From NCBI GenBank assembly GCA_049304335.1, contig JBAQOA010000014.1, positions 1 through 53,405 on the forward strand: 53,405 nucleotides of DNA. The letters run 5' to 3'. The notes beneath the pieces are model-generated. The model searched no databases. It was not told the origin of the DNA and saw only the letters and a list, made by a program, of their open reading frames with translations. Shown here one piece after another: positions 7,487-15,653 of the stretch. The number at the start of each line of letters is the position of its first letter. Position 1 is the stretch's first letter. Position numbers and translations under genes: made by a program. Source of the stretch: Minisyncoccia bacterium. GTDB taxonomy: Bacteria; Patescibacteriota; Minisyncoccia; Phycocordibacterales; Zambryskibacteraceae.

Positions 7487-7540
7487 GCGCCACCCGCCTC
7501 GACTCGCGCCACTCGTCGACGCGAGGCGGGCCGGGGAATA
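7487..7540 (-). repeat. duplicated 5' end of tRNA-Asn split by a 38-nt GC-rich hairpin
   Basis: gcgcca + ccggggaata (7487-7492 and 7531-7540) equals gcgccaccggggaata at 7231-7246. It is interrupted by cccgcctcg..cgaggcggg (7493-7530). Confidence 0.7.
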
Positions 7541-7646
7541 TCATCCTCAATGTTGAGGACCTACGAATGATACTTAATATTACTAAGGCTTTCAATGGCC
7601 AAACGAATGCCTATTTGGTGTCCACACCATGCTGTCTTAATCGGTT

Positions 7647-7655
7647 TGGTAGAAT
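7647..7655 (+). promoter_or_regulatory. extended -10 box TGGTAGAAT, 6 nt before ATG 7662
   Basis: TAGAAT at 7650-7655 with TG at 7647-7648. Confidence 0.55.
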
Positions 7656-7661
7656 AGGTAT

Positions 7662-8057
7662 ATGAAATACACACTTTATTTTAAGGGTATAGAAAAAACA
7701 GAAGCAATTGAAAATTATTTAGACAAGAGAATAAAAAATTTAAATAAGTTAGTGCATGATGACAATGCGTTTGCGACAGTTGAATTAGGTAAAACAACAA
7801 ATCACCACAAGTCGGGGGAAGTATTTCGAGCAGAAATTAATTTCCATTCAGGCGGAAAAGATTATTATGTTGCGTCAGAAAAAGAAGATTTGTATGCAGC
7901 AATTGATGACATGAGAGATGGTATTACGCGAGAAATCACACAATTCAAAACAAAATCAGAAACTATGTTTAGAAGGGGAGCTAGAAAAGTGAAAGATATG
8001 ATTCGTGGCCTTGATCCACGTGGTTTGAAAAATTTTCGTCCTTGGAAAAAACACTAG
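7662..8057 (+). CDS. hpf: ribosome hibernation promoting factor (RaiA/HPF family)
   Basis: N-terminal pattern MKYTLYFKGIEKTEAIENYLDKRIKNL..VELGKTTNHH is typical of S30AE/HPF. Confidence 0.7.
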   Translation: MKYTLYFKGIEKTEAIENYLDKRIKNLNKLVHDDNAFATVELGKTTNHHKSGEVFRAEINFHSGGKDYYVASEKEDLYAAIDDMRDGITREITQFKTKSETMFRRGARKVKDMIRGLDPRGLKNFRPWKKH

Positions 8058-8899
8058 TTTCCTTTTTTAAAGTCTGACCATTCCATTTCTCCTTTTCCTT
8101 CAGGAATTATTCTATCGAGAATCAACGTATCACTTTCAATGTGTGCGTCTTTTATTTTTATTCGGATTTTGCCCTTGCTCGTTTCGTAAAAGAAAAATGC
8201 TGTAGGCCATTCCTCAAACGCGCGAATCTTTTTTAAAAGGTTAGTCGGTTCGTCCGACAAATTAATCAAAGCTTCATCTTTTTGAATTTTTTTAGTAAAT
8301 GTTGCTTCGCTATGATTCTGCTCTTTCAATTCGATATGTCCGCTAAGATAATCACTCAGGCTTTCAATTAAAAGTTTTCCTCCAGCGCTACCAAGTATTG
8401 CCTCAGCATCAGAATATTTTGGTGGCCAGTTTTCGAACTTAATTTCTTGCTGCGCAACGATTGGACCGTGGTCCATTTCCTTATCTAATTTGATAATTGT
8501 GACGCCAGCCGTATTCTCGTAAAGTATTGTTGACTCTATTGGTGACGGGCCACGAAGTTTTGGGAGTAGGGAAGGATGTACGTTTAAAAGACCTTTTGGA
8601 AACAAATTCAATACCGCTTCTGGGATGATTTTTCCGAAAGATGCCACAATACCGTATTCAAATGAGAAATTTGAAACTGTAGATATAAAATCTTCATCCA
8701 GTTTTTTGGGTTGGAGTACAGGGATTTTTCTCTCAATAGCCCAAAGTTTGGTGGCCGGTGGTGTAAGTACGAGCCCACGGCCTTTTGGCTTATCTTCTCC
8801 ACACACAATAAGTACTGGCATAAGCCCAGATTTTTCTAACTCGTTTAATACAGGAATAGCAATAGAATCTGTGCCAAAAAATATAAATTTGTTAGGCAT
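8054..8899 (-). CDS. fmt: methionyl-tRNA formyltransferase
   Basis: FFGTDSIAIPVL and NVHPSLLPKLRGPSPIE. It overlaps def in a def-fmt arrangement. Confidence 0.85.
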   Translation of the reverse strand: MPNKFIFFGTDSIAIPVLNELEKSGLMPVLIVCGEDKPKGRGLVLTPPATKLWAIERKIPVLQPKKLDEDFISTVSNFSFEYGIVASFGKIIPEAVLNLFPKGLLNVHPSLLPKLRGPSPIESTILYENTAGVTIIKLDKEMDHGPIVAQQEIKFENWPPKYSDAEAILGSAGGKLLIESLSDYLSGHIELKEQNHSEATFTKKIQKDEALINLSDEPTNLLKKIRAFEEWPTAFFFYETSKGKIRIKIKDAHIESDTLILDRIIPEGKGEMEWSDFKKGN

Positions 8900-9443
8900 T
8901 TCTTTTTAAATCTTCCCTGATACCTTTTGTTTCTGGAACAAATTCGTGAAGATCTTTTGCTTTGTCTATAAATAGGACTCCTTCCAGATGGTCAACTTCA
9001 TGTTGAAAAATTTGCGACATAAGGCCAGATGCACCCCGGCGAATTTTCTTGCCGTTTTCATCATATCCCTCGACCTCCACTTTTGTTGACCTCTTCACTT
9101 TTCCGTAAAGCCATCGAACAGAAAGACAGCCTTCTTCCATAATATGTTTATCACGCGATGAACGAATGATTACTGGATTTACAAAAACCTCATCAGGATA
9201 ATTTACTTCAGATTCATCTTCACCAGCAATAATAGCTTTTACTTTTCCAGAAATTATTATAATTCTTTCCGCCACTCCAATTTGCGGTGCAGCAATAGCA
9301 ACGCCGTCATCTTGGGAATCAAGCGCTTTTTTCATATCAGAAATTATTTTTTTTACCCTTTTCGATGTAATTTCTTTTATAGGGACACTCTTTGCCTTTA
9401 GGCGAAGAATCTTACCTTCTTTCTCTTGGACTATCTTTACCAT
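8892..9443 (-). CDS. def: peptide deformylase
   Basis: GVAIAAPQIG, EGCLS and QHEVDHLEG motifs. Confidence 0.9.
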   Translation of the reverse strand: MVKIVQEKEGKILRLKAKSVPIKEITSKRVKKIISDMKKALDSQDDGVAIAAPQIGVAERIIIISGKVKAIIAGEDESEVNYPDEVFVNPVIIRSSRDKHIMEEGCLSVRWLYGKVKRSTKVEVEGYDENGKKIRRGASGLMSQIFQHEVDHLEGVLFIDKAKDLHEFVPETKGIREDLKRNA

Positions 9444-9464
9444 GGGATTATCCTAACAAATTCC

Positions 9465-11348
9465 TCACAAAAGCGCGTCTGGGTCAACTATCACAACAAA
9501 TTGAGGCGGTAGTAAAGCCAATTTTTCAACTAGTGCCATATTTGGCCAATTTTGCACATTTTCAATTTTTATTAATCCGTGAAATCTTGTGAGTCGTGCA
9601 CCCCCTCGCACCTTAAAAATTTCTAAATCTATTGATTGTTCAGAAAGGTCTTTAAGAATCTCTTTTAAGAGTTCTTTGTCCTTCTCTGCGCGAGTTGGTG
9701 AGCCTTCCCAAATTATTTTTATAAAAATTGAAAATGGGGGAAATGCAAACCTCTTTCTCTCCATTAATTCTCTTTCAAAGAAGCTAAGCATATTTCCTTG
9801 AGCAGCGTATTCAAAGATTTGATTTTCTGGACTTCTAGTTTGAAATATTACTTTTTCCTTGCCAAGTGCTCTCACTCGAAGCAAAAGTGACATTAACTTT
9901 TCGTTAATTCTAAAATCTGGAATACCAAGCAATGAATCTGCCGAAACGACCGCCGAAACGTCTACTGGATGTCTCAAGTAGTGTAGTGCCATTTCTGTGC
10001 CTACCATAATTGACGCAGGTGTTGCCAAAAACTCTTCTACGATTCTAGATGCTTTGAGCGGTGTGTTGGCAGTATCTTTGTCTAATATAAAAACTTTGGT
10101 ATTTGGGAAAATTTTTTGCACTTCATTTTCTATACCTTCAATACCTATGCCAAGTGTTATCAGTCGCCAGCTTCCACAATGAGCACATTCGTCTTTTGCT
10201 GGCCTTTTCTCACCGCATTTATGACAAAGAAAATATGGTTTTTCCTTACCATAAAGCACAACTGGAGCACCACAGACTTTGCATACAACTGTAGTTTCGC
10301 AATCGGCACAAACTGTAGTTGGGGAGAGGCCTCGCCTTGCGCCAAAAAGAAAGATTTTTTTTCTAGACTCATTTAGACTCTCGATTTCTGATTTAAGTTC
10401 TGGTGAAAATATTTGAAATGGGTCGGAAGTCTCTTCTTTTACCATCGAGATGACTTTCACATCTGCACTACTAGTATCTCGCATTTTCATGTGCCCCCAT
10501 TCATTTAATTCTTCCGACCGTACTTTGTAGATAGTGTCCACGCTTAATATTTCAGAACCAAAGATTAGGCGAGAGCAATATTCACGTGCCAGATATTTAC
10601 TGAAAATGCGATAGTCAATAAATGGTCGGGTCATTGTTTTATATGCCCTTGAGTTTTCTCTATCCATAACCAAAATATCCGTATCTGTTCTAAGTGTAGA
10701 TAAAAATGCCGGGGTGGCTATGGTGAGTGCTGGATGAGAATAATCATCAATTATCTTTAAAACTTTCTCAATTTCTTTTTTCTTTTTTCCGTTGTGAATA
10801 ACGGCAGTAAACTGCTCGATACCACGGGACAATTCCTTTTCGGCAAACTTTGCGTCTTCGGCAGTCGGTACCATCAAAAAAATAGATTTTTTTCTAGCAA
10901 ATGTTTCTCTAATTAAAGCTCGGTATGAGGAAAATCTTTCTTCATTATTTCCTTGGAATGCACTAACATCACCATCTAAGAAACATTTTGGCTCTATGGG
11001 CGATGCGGTTCTTTTTACTTCAAATAAAATTTGGGGGAGAAGTGTACCTAAAACAGTTGAAAGATTTTGAGCTTCATAATCAGAAAATTTTTGCACTGCC
11101 CTAATAAATGCTTCACAAACAAATACTTTTCCAGAATTACCTTTTATTTTTTTCAACGAAAAATTGTTTGTGCGTAGTTCCATTCTGGCTTCACCAACAG
11201 GTTTGCTTTCAATGACCAATGCACGCACATCTCGAGCGCGGAGTGGCACTTTTACTACCATTCCTTTTTCGTAATTTATTGCCGAAAAATAGTCCAGTTT
11301 TTCACTGCCAAATGTTTTTGTGAGGGGGAGTACTGAAACTATAAACAT
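9465..11348 (-). CDS. priA: PriA-like primosomal protein N' with degenerate ATPase motifs
   Basis: Cys-rich zinc insert CADCETTVVCKVCGAPV..CHKCG..CAHCGS, and the priA-def-fmt gene order. Walker A and DEEH positions read FQGNNEERFSSY and MDRENSRAYK. Confidence 0.65.
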   Translation of the reverse strand: MFIVSVLPLTKTFGSEKLDYFSAINYEKGMVVKVPLRARDVRALVIESKPVGEARMELRTNNFSLKKIKGNSGKVFVCEAFIRAVQKFSDYEAQNLSTVLGTLLPQILFEVKRTASPIEPKCFLDGDVSAFQGNNEERFSSYRALIRETFARKKSIFLMVPTAEDAKFAEKELSRGIEQFTAVIHNGKKKKEIEKVLKIIDDYSHPALTIATPAFLSTLRTDTDILVMDRENSRAYKTMTRPFIDYRIFSKYLAREYCSRLIFGSEILSVDTIYKVRSEELNEWGHMKMRDTSSADVKVISMVKEETSDPFQIFSPELKSEIESLNESRKKIFLFGARRGLSPTTVCADCETTVVCKVCGAPVVLYGKEKPYFLCHKCGEKRPAKDECAHCGSWRLITLGIGIEGIENEVQKIFPNTKVFILDKDTANTPLKASRIVEEFLATPASIMVGTEMALHYLRHPVDVSAVVSADSLLGIPDFRINEKLMSLLLRVRALGKEKVIFQTRSPENQIFEYAAQGNMLSFFERELMERKRFAFPPFSIFIKIIWEGSPTRAEKDKELLKEILKDLSEQSIDLEIFKVRGGARLTRFHGLIKIENVQNWPNMALVEKLALLPPQFVVIVDPDALL

Positions 11349-11394
11349 ACGGGTAGTTTATAGCTGACTATAGTTTGTTGCTAGTTTTTTGAAT

Positions 11395-11650
11395 AAAAAA
11401 ACAGCGCGCCCCGCTTCACTCCACACGGATATATAACCCGGGAGAGTATGGCGAAAATAGGCGCGCTGGACTACACACGGTTTCTGCTTGGCTATCGTAC
11501 AGAAAGGCCCCAGGGAGGGTAACCTTTGGCACGAAGCGGGGAGGATTCCGTTGTAGACTTTTTGTGTCGGGTGCGACTACCAGTACCCACCTGTACCCCG
11601 TAGGGCGGGCGACACTTCTTGAAACCATAGTTTCTTGCGTACGTTTTCCT
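11395..11650 (-). ncRNA. GC-rich structured RNA of unassigned family upstream of priA
   Basis: No credible ORF. Many local hairpins (GAAAC-uaug-GUUUC, GUGUCG..CGACAC) and long-range 9-bp pairings CCCCGCUUC/GAAGCGGGG and CAGCGCGCC/GGCGCGCUG, the latter followed by U7. TTGACA on the minus strand at 11683-11678. The 5' end is uncertain. Confidence 0.45.
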
Positions 11651-11714
11651 CATATAGGATACATCTATATTTGTATTTGTCAAGTACTTCCATTATTAGG
11701 TCAAAAAGCATAAA

Positions 11715-12740
11715 GTGTCCAAGCAAATGTCATTTTTTACTAAGAAAATAGGTATAGATTTGGGCACAACGAGCGTCCTTGTTTATGTTCCAGGAAAGGG
11801 CGTTATTTTAAATGAGCCGTCAGTTGTTGCTGTGTCCGAAGAAGACAGAAAAATTTTAGCGATAGGGGTGGAGGCCAAAAAAATGATTGGCAAGACTCCA
11901 GAAAATATTATTGCTTATCGTCCCATGAAGGATGGTGTGATTGCTGATTACAAAGTAACAGAGGCAATGCTTAGATATTTTATAGGCAAAGCTCTTGGCA
12001 GATTTTCATTTATAAAACCAGATGTATTAATTTCAGTGCCTGCAGGTGTTACATCAACTGAGCGCCGTGCGGTTATCGAGGCTGCACTAAAAGCCGGAGC
12101 TAAAAATGCCTACGTTGTGAAAGAGCCAGTGTTGGCAGCAATTGGGGCAGGTATTCCGATTCAAGAGCCATCAGGCCAAATGATTGTTGATATTGGTGGT
12201 GGCACGACAGATGTGGCAGTAATTTCATTAGGTGGAATTGTGGCTTCAACGTCAGTTAAATGTGCTGGAAATAAAATTGATGTGGCAATTACTGACTATA
12301 TGAAGAAGACCTATAACTTGGCAATCGGAGACCATACTGCAGAGATTATAAAAATTGATGTTGGTTCCGCGGTCCCACTTGAGGAAGAATTAAAGATGAC
12401 GGTAAAGGGCAGAGATTATGTTTCTGGACTTCCTCGTTCTGTAGAAATAAAAACAAACGAAATTGTAAAAGCTATTTCAAAGGAATTACGCGATATGGTG
12501 AAAGCAATGAAAGATGTACTACAAGACACTCCGCCTGAACTCGCATCAGATATTATTGATAAAGGTATTGTAATGACTGGGGGTACAAGTCAGCTTAGGT
12601 ATTTACCCGAATTGGTTTTCCGTAGAACAGGTGTAAAAGCCGTGCTCGCAAAGGATGCCTTGTTTTGCGTAGTGAAGGGCACAGGAATTGCACTAGAGCA
12701 TTTGGATGCGTATAAGAAAGTAGCCATTTCCAAGAGGTAG
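11715..12740 (+). CDS. mreB: MreB/actin-like protein, stand-alone paralog
   Basis: IGIDLGTTSVLVYV, VISVPAGVTSTERRAV and DIGGGTTDVAVISLGG. The start is GTG 11715 or ATG 11727. Confidence 0.8.
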   Translation: MSKQMSFFTKKIGIDLGTTSVLVYVPGKGVILNEPSVVAVSEEDRKILAIGVEAKKMIGKTPENIIAYRPMKDGVIADYKVTEAMLRYFIGKALGRFSFIKPDVLISVPAGVTSTERRAVIEAALKAGAKNAYVVKEPVLAAIGAGIPIQEPSGQMIVDIGGGTTDVAVISLGGIVASTSVKCAGNKIDVAITDYMKKTYNLAIGDHTAEIIKIDVGSAVPLEEELKMTVKGRDYVSGLPRSVEIKTNEIVKAISKELRDMVKAMKDVLQDTPPELASDIIDKGIVMTGGTSQLRYLPELVFRRTGVKAVLAKDALFCVVKGTGIALEHLDAYKKVAISKR

Positions 12741-12758
12741 TTCTGATACAATTTTAGT

Positions 12759-13820
12759 GTGAGATACGAATATCCAATACTAAATAGAGTTTTTCACCAT
12801 TTTAACGATAAAGAACACGATGTATCCGGTACATTTTTAGTTTGTTGTCAGCACCTACTTGAACCGCAATTAAAAATGTTTGAGTTTTTTATTAAATTTG
12901 GATTCGATCCTAAAAAAATATTTGTTTTGGGTAAAGCGTACTCAACAAACATTGAAGTTTTCAATGAGCTAAAGTCATTAGGTATAAATGTTTTTCAGCC
13001 GGAGTTTACAGGTAAGGCCTTTGATGTTGAGCATCGGGAGAATTGTGAAGAGATCCTTAAGAAAATACCCGAAAATACCAAAGTGATTATTCTAGATGAT
13101 GGTGCAGAGTTGATTAAAACTTTTTATGACAAGGGGACCCCTATATTATTTTCAGTAGAGCAAACATCATCAGGTTTTAGAAAGCTTGAGGGTGAGAATG
13201 TATCATTTCCAATATTCAACGTTGCCAGATCATCCACAAAATTGAACCATGAGAGTCCATTCATTGCCCGCCAAGGGTTTGAAAGGCTTAAGGATTATTT
13301 TATAAATAAGGGTATAAATGATCCCTTAGTATTAATTGTCGGTCTCGGTCCAATAGGGGAAGCGATTAGTGAAATTTTTTTGCAAAATAACTTTAGAACC
13401 ATGGGTTTTGATATAAAAAAGGGGCATACTGATTTAATTAATTTTATAATTAGCAAAAACCCCGATTTGATTATTGGTTGTACTGGAACAAATATTTTAA
13501 GTAAAGATGATGTTGAAAAGATTTCTATTTCAAAAAAAATGTATTTGGTGAGCGCTTCTTCATCAGATAGAGAGTTTCCGGCCGCTTATTTTAGGGTGGG
13601 CACTAACATTCATGATGATGTGGAGTACAAGAATGTAACCTTTTTAAACAATGGGTTTCCCATCACATTCAAGGGCAATAGAAATGAAAACACTCCTTTT
13701 GAGATGGAAAAAACCATAGCGCTACTTATGGGTTCGGTTCTTAATGGGGCGATAAATCAAGAATTGCCACCCGGTTTTATAGACGTTTCTAGAAACTTAG
13801 AGGAAATAATAAATAGTTGA
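12759..13820 (+). CDS. divergent S-adenosylhomocysteine-hydrolase-like Rossmann protein
   Basis: The order of motifs mirrors AdoHcy hydrolase: ILDDGAEL (DDGGD), VEQTSSGF (EETTTG), NVARSSTKLNHES (NVNDSVTKSKFDN), IVGLGPIGEA (GYGDVGKG), GCTGTN (TTGN). Several catalytic positions are replaced. Confidence 0.5.
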   Translation: MRYEYPILNRVFHHFNDKEHDVSGTFLVCCQHLLEPQLKMFEFFIKFGFDPKKIFVLGKAYSTNIEVFNELKSLGINVFQPEFTGKAFDVEHRENCEEILKKIPENTKVIILDDGAELIKTFYDKGTPILFSVEQTSSGFRKLEGENVSFPIFNVARSSTKLNHESPFIARQGFERLKDYFINKGINDPLVLIVGLGPIGEAISEIFLQNNFRTMGFDIKKGHTDLINFIISKNPDLIIGCTGTNILSKDDVEKISISKKMYLVSASSSDREFPAAYFRVGTNIHDDVEYKNVTFLNNGFPITFKGNRNENTPFEMEKTIALLMGSVLNGAINQELPPGFIDVSRNLEEIINS

Positions 13821-13821
13821 T

Positions 13822-14508
13822 ATGCTAAATGAAATTTTAAAAAACGGATTAAATCACTCAAGAGCTTATTTAATAAGGGGTGAAAAGGAAAATATAATTT
13901 CAACAATTTTTGATGCAATTGAAAAGGAATGGGGGATTGTGGCGCAGGGCAATCCGAACATCTTAACTATCAATGGACATTTAAATGTTGATGATACACG
14001 TAGTCTCATTGAGTTTGCTTCGATGTCGCCATTCGGCGATAGCACAATTAAAGTCATTATTCTGAACACAGAAAGAATTACTCGCGAAGCACAAAACACG
14101 TTGTTAAAACTGACTGAAGAGCCAAACCAATCTTTAAGGATTTTTGTGATTATTCCAAAAGACGTAGAACTTTTACCCACTCTCCTCTCTCGTCTCGAAG
14201 ATATTTCGTATGCAGTTCCTTCGGCAAGTTCAGGACAGGTCAAAACTGACGCAAGTAATTTTCTAGCGATGGGTTTGAAAGAGCGGTTTAAATTGGCAGA
14301 AAAGATAGCAAAAGATGAAGACGATACAACTCTGGATGTTTTCTTAAGAGACCTTGAGAAAAAGGTGTATAAACAAAAGTACAAAGACGAATTTGAAAAA
14401 AAGAAGGCATTTAGTGCGATAGTTTTTGCAAAAGAATCGTCAGGTTTTCAATCGAGACCAAAGAAAATGATTTTGGAGGCACTAGCAATTTCTCTACCAA
14501 CAATTTAA
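13822..14508 (+). CDS. holB: DNA polymerase III delta'-like clamp-loader subunit
   Basis: VIILNTERITREAQNTLLKLTEEPNQSLRIFVI..LLPTLLSRL (sensor/SRC region). No Walker A, as expected for delta'. Confidence 0.6.
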   Translation: MLNEILKNGLNHSRAYLIRGEKENIISTIFDAIEKEWGIVAQGNPNILTINGHLNVDDTRSLIEFASMSPFGDSTIKVIILNTERITREAQNTLLKLTEEPNQSLRIFVIIPKDVELLPTLLSRLEDISYAVPSASSGQVKTDASNFLAMGLKERFKLAEKIAKDEDDTTLDVFLRDLEKKVYKQKYKDEFEKKKAFSAIVFAKESSGFQSRPKKMILEALAISLPTI

Positions 14509-14562
14509 TTAAATATATTTGTACGCTTGATTATTAATTTCGAATGATATAATTTCAGTCTT

Positions 14563-15084
14563 ATGGTTTTATCTGTGCATACACTAGTAGGGGGAGCACT
14601 TGGCGCAGTCTTGCCGGTTTCTCCTGTTGCATCTTTTGCAATTGGTTTTGTATCGCACTTTATTCTAGATGCAATTCCTCACTCGGATTATCCTCTTCAA
14701 TCTCTAACTAAGAATGCTGATGATAGAGACAAAGATGTGATGTCTAAAGATGGGCGATTGGCAAATGATTTGGTTGTAAATGGTGTTGATGGGATTCTTG
14801 GCTTTTTGATTCTAACCACTCTTACATATAATTCCCCAGCTCTTTTTTCGGCAATATTGGGCGGACTCGGAGCTTGTGTTCCAGATGGTTTACAGTTTTT
14901 GCACTTTATGTTTCCTAACAATAAACCTTTGGAAGCGTTCAAAAAATTTCACGGCATTTTTCACACACCATTAAAAGTGGAAGAATTTATGGAAAAACAT
15001 GTTGTGCTAGCAGTGCTTGTGCAGGGGACAATTGCTTGTTTGGCTTTACTCTCAATTATAAAAGTTATACCTATTCCTTTTTAG
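14563..15084 (+). CDS. YdjM/DUF457-like membrane-bound putative metal-dependent hydrolase
   Basis: HTLVGGALG..SHFILDAIPHSDY pattern and hydrophobic helices. Confidence 0.45.
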   Translation: MVLSVHTLVGGALGAVLPVSPVASFAIGFVSHFILDAIPHSDYPLQSLTKNADDRDKDVMSKDGRLANDLVVNGVDGILGFLILTTLTYNSPALFSAILGGLGACVPDGLQFLHFMFPNNKPLEAFKKFHGIFHTPLKVEEFMEKHVVLAVLVQGTIACLALLSIIKVIPIPF

Positions 15085-15119
15085 TTTGAAATAAAGCCGT
15101 TTTCAGCTATTATTTCCGT

Positions 15120-15653
15120 ATGTACGATTTTTCTAACTTCAAAAAACAAGGACTCGAAACCATCGAGTGGTTAAGGCGTGAATTTACAGGTATTCGCACT
15201 GGTAGGGCTACTCCTGCAATTCTGGACAATATTTCTGTCGAAAGTTACGGCACGATGATGAAAATAAAAGAAGTAGCTTCTATTGGTATCGAAGATGCAA
15301 GAACCCTTCGCGTTTCTCCTTGGGACATGTCTCAGTCAAAAAATATTGAGAAAGCCGTGATGCTTGCAGATTTAGGACTTTCAGTCGCAGTAGATGACAA
15401 GGGCCTTAGAATTAGTTTTCCTGAACTTTCAGCAGAAAGAAGAACAGCGCTTTTGAAAGTTGCCAAAGCAAAATTAGAAGAAGCAAGGGTTGCAGTTAGG
15501 ACTGAGAGAGAAAAAATAAAACGAGAAATAATGGAAGATGATGACAAGGACAGTAAATTTAGAAATACTGAAGAGTTGCAAAAATTGGTAGACGGATTTA
15601 ATAGCGATCTAGAGGCAGTCTACGAAAGAAAAGAAAAAGAAATAGCAGAATAA
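15120..15653 (+). CDS. frr: ribosome recycling factor
   Basis: RTGRATPAILDNISVESYG and the C-terminal coiled coil. TATTAT at 15108-15113 ends 6 nt before the ATG. Confidence 0.9.
   Translation: MYDFSNFKKQGLETIEWLRREFTGIRTGRATPAILDNISVESYGTMMKIKEVASIGIEDARTLRVSPWDMSQSKNIEKAVMLADLGLSVAVDDKGLRISFPELSAERRTALLKVAKAKLEEARVAVRTEREKIKREIMEDDDKDSKFRNTEELQKLVDGFNSDLEAVYERKEKEIAE

Noticed and set aside
11395-11650. Assignment of the GC-rich RNA upstream of priA as SRP RNA, RNase P RNA, tmRNA, a T-box or a ZTP riboswitch.
   Set aside because: GGUGG and GUAGUC loop-like strings and AGCCAAGCAGA hint at SRP RNA, but the universal helix-8 GGAAGCAGC motif is absent. GAGGAAAACGU is not the P4 GAGGAAAGUCC, and no complementary P4 3' strand was found. 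There is no tRNA-like 3' end and no tag ORF. The T-box-like AGGUGGGUAC is in the wrong position. The family is left unassigned.
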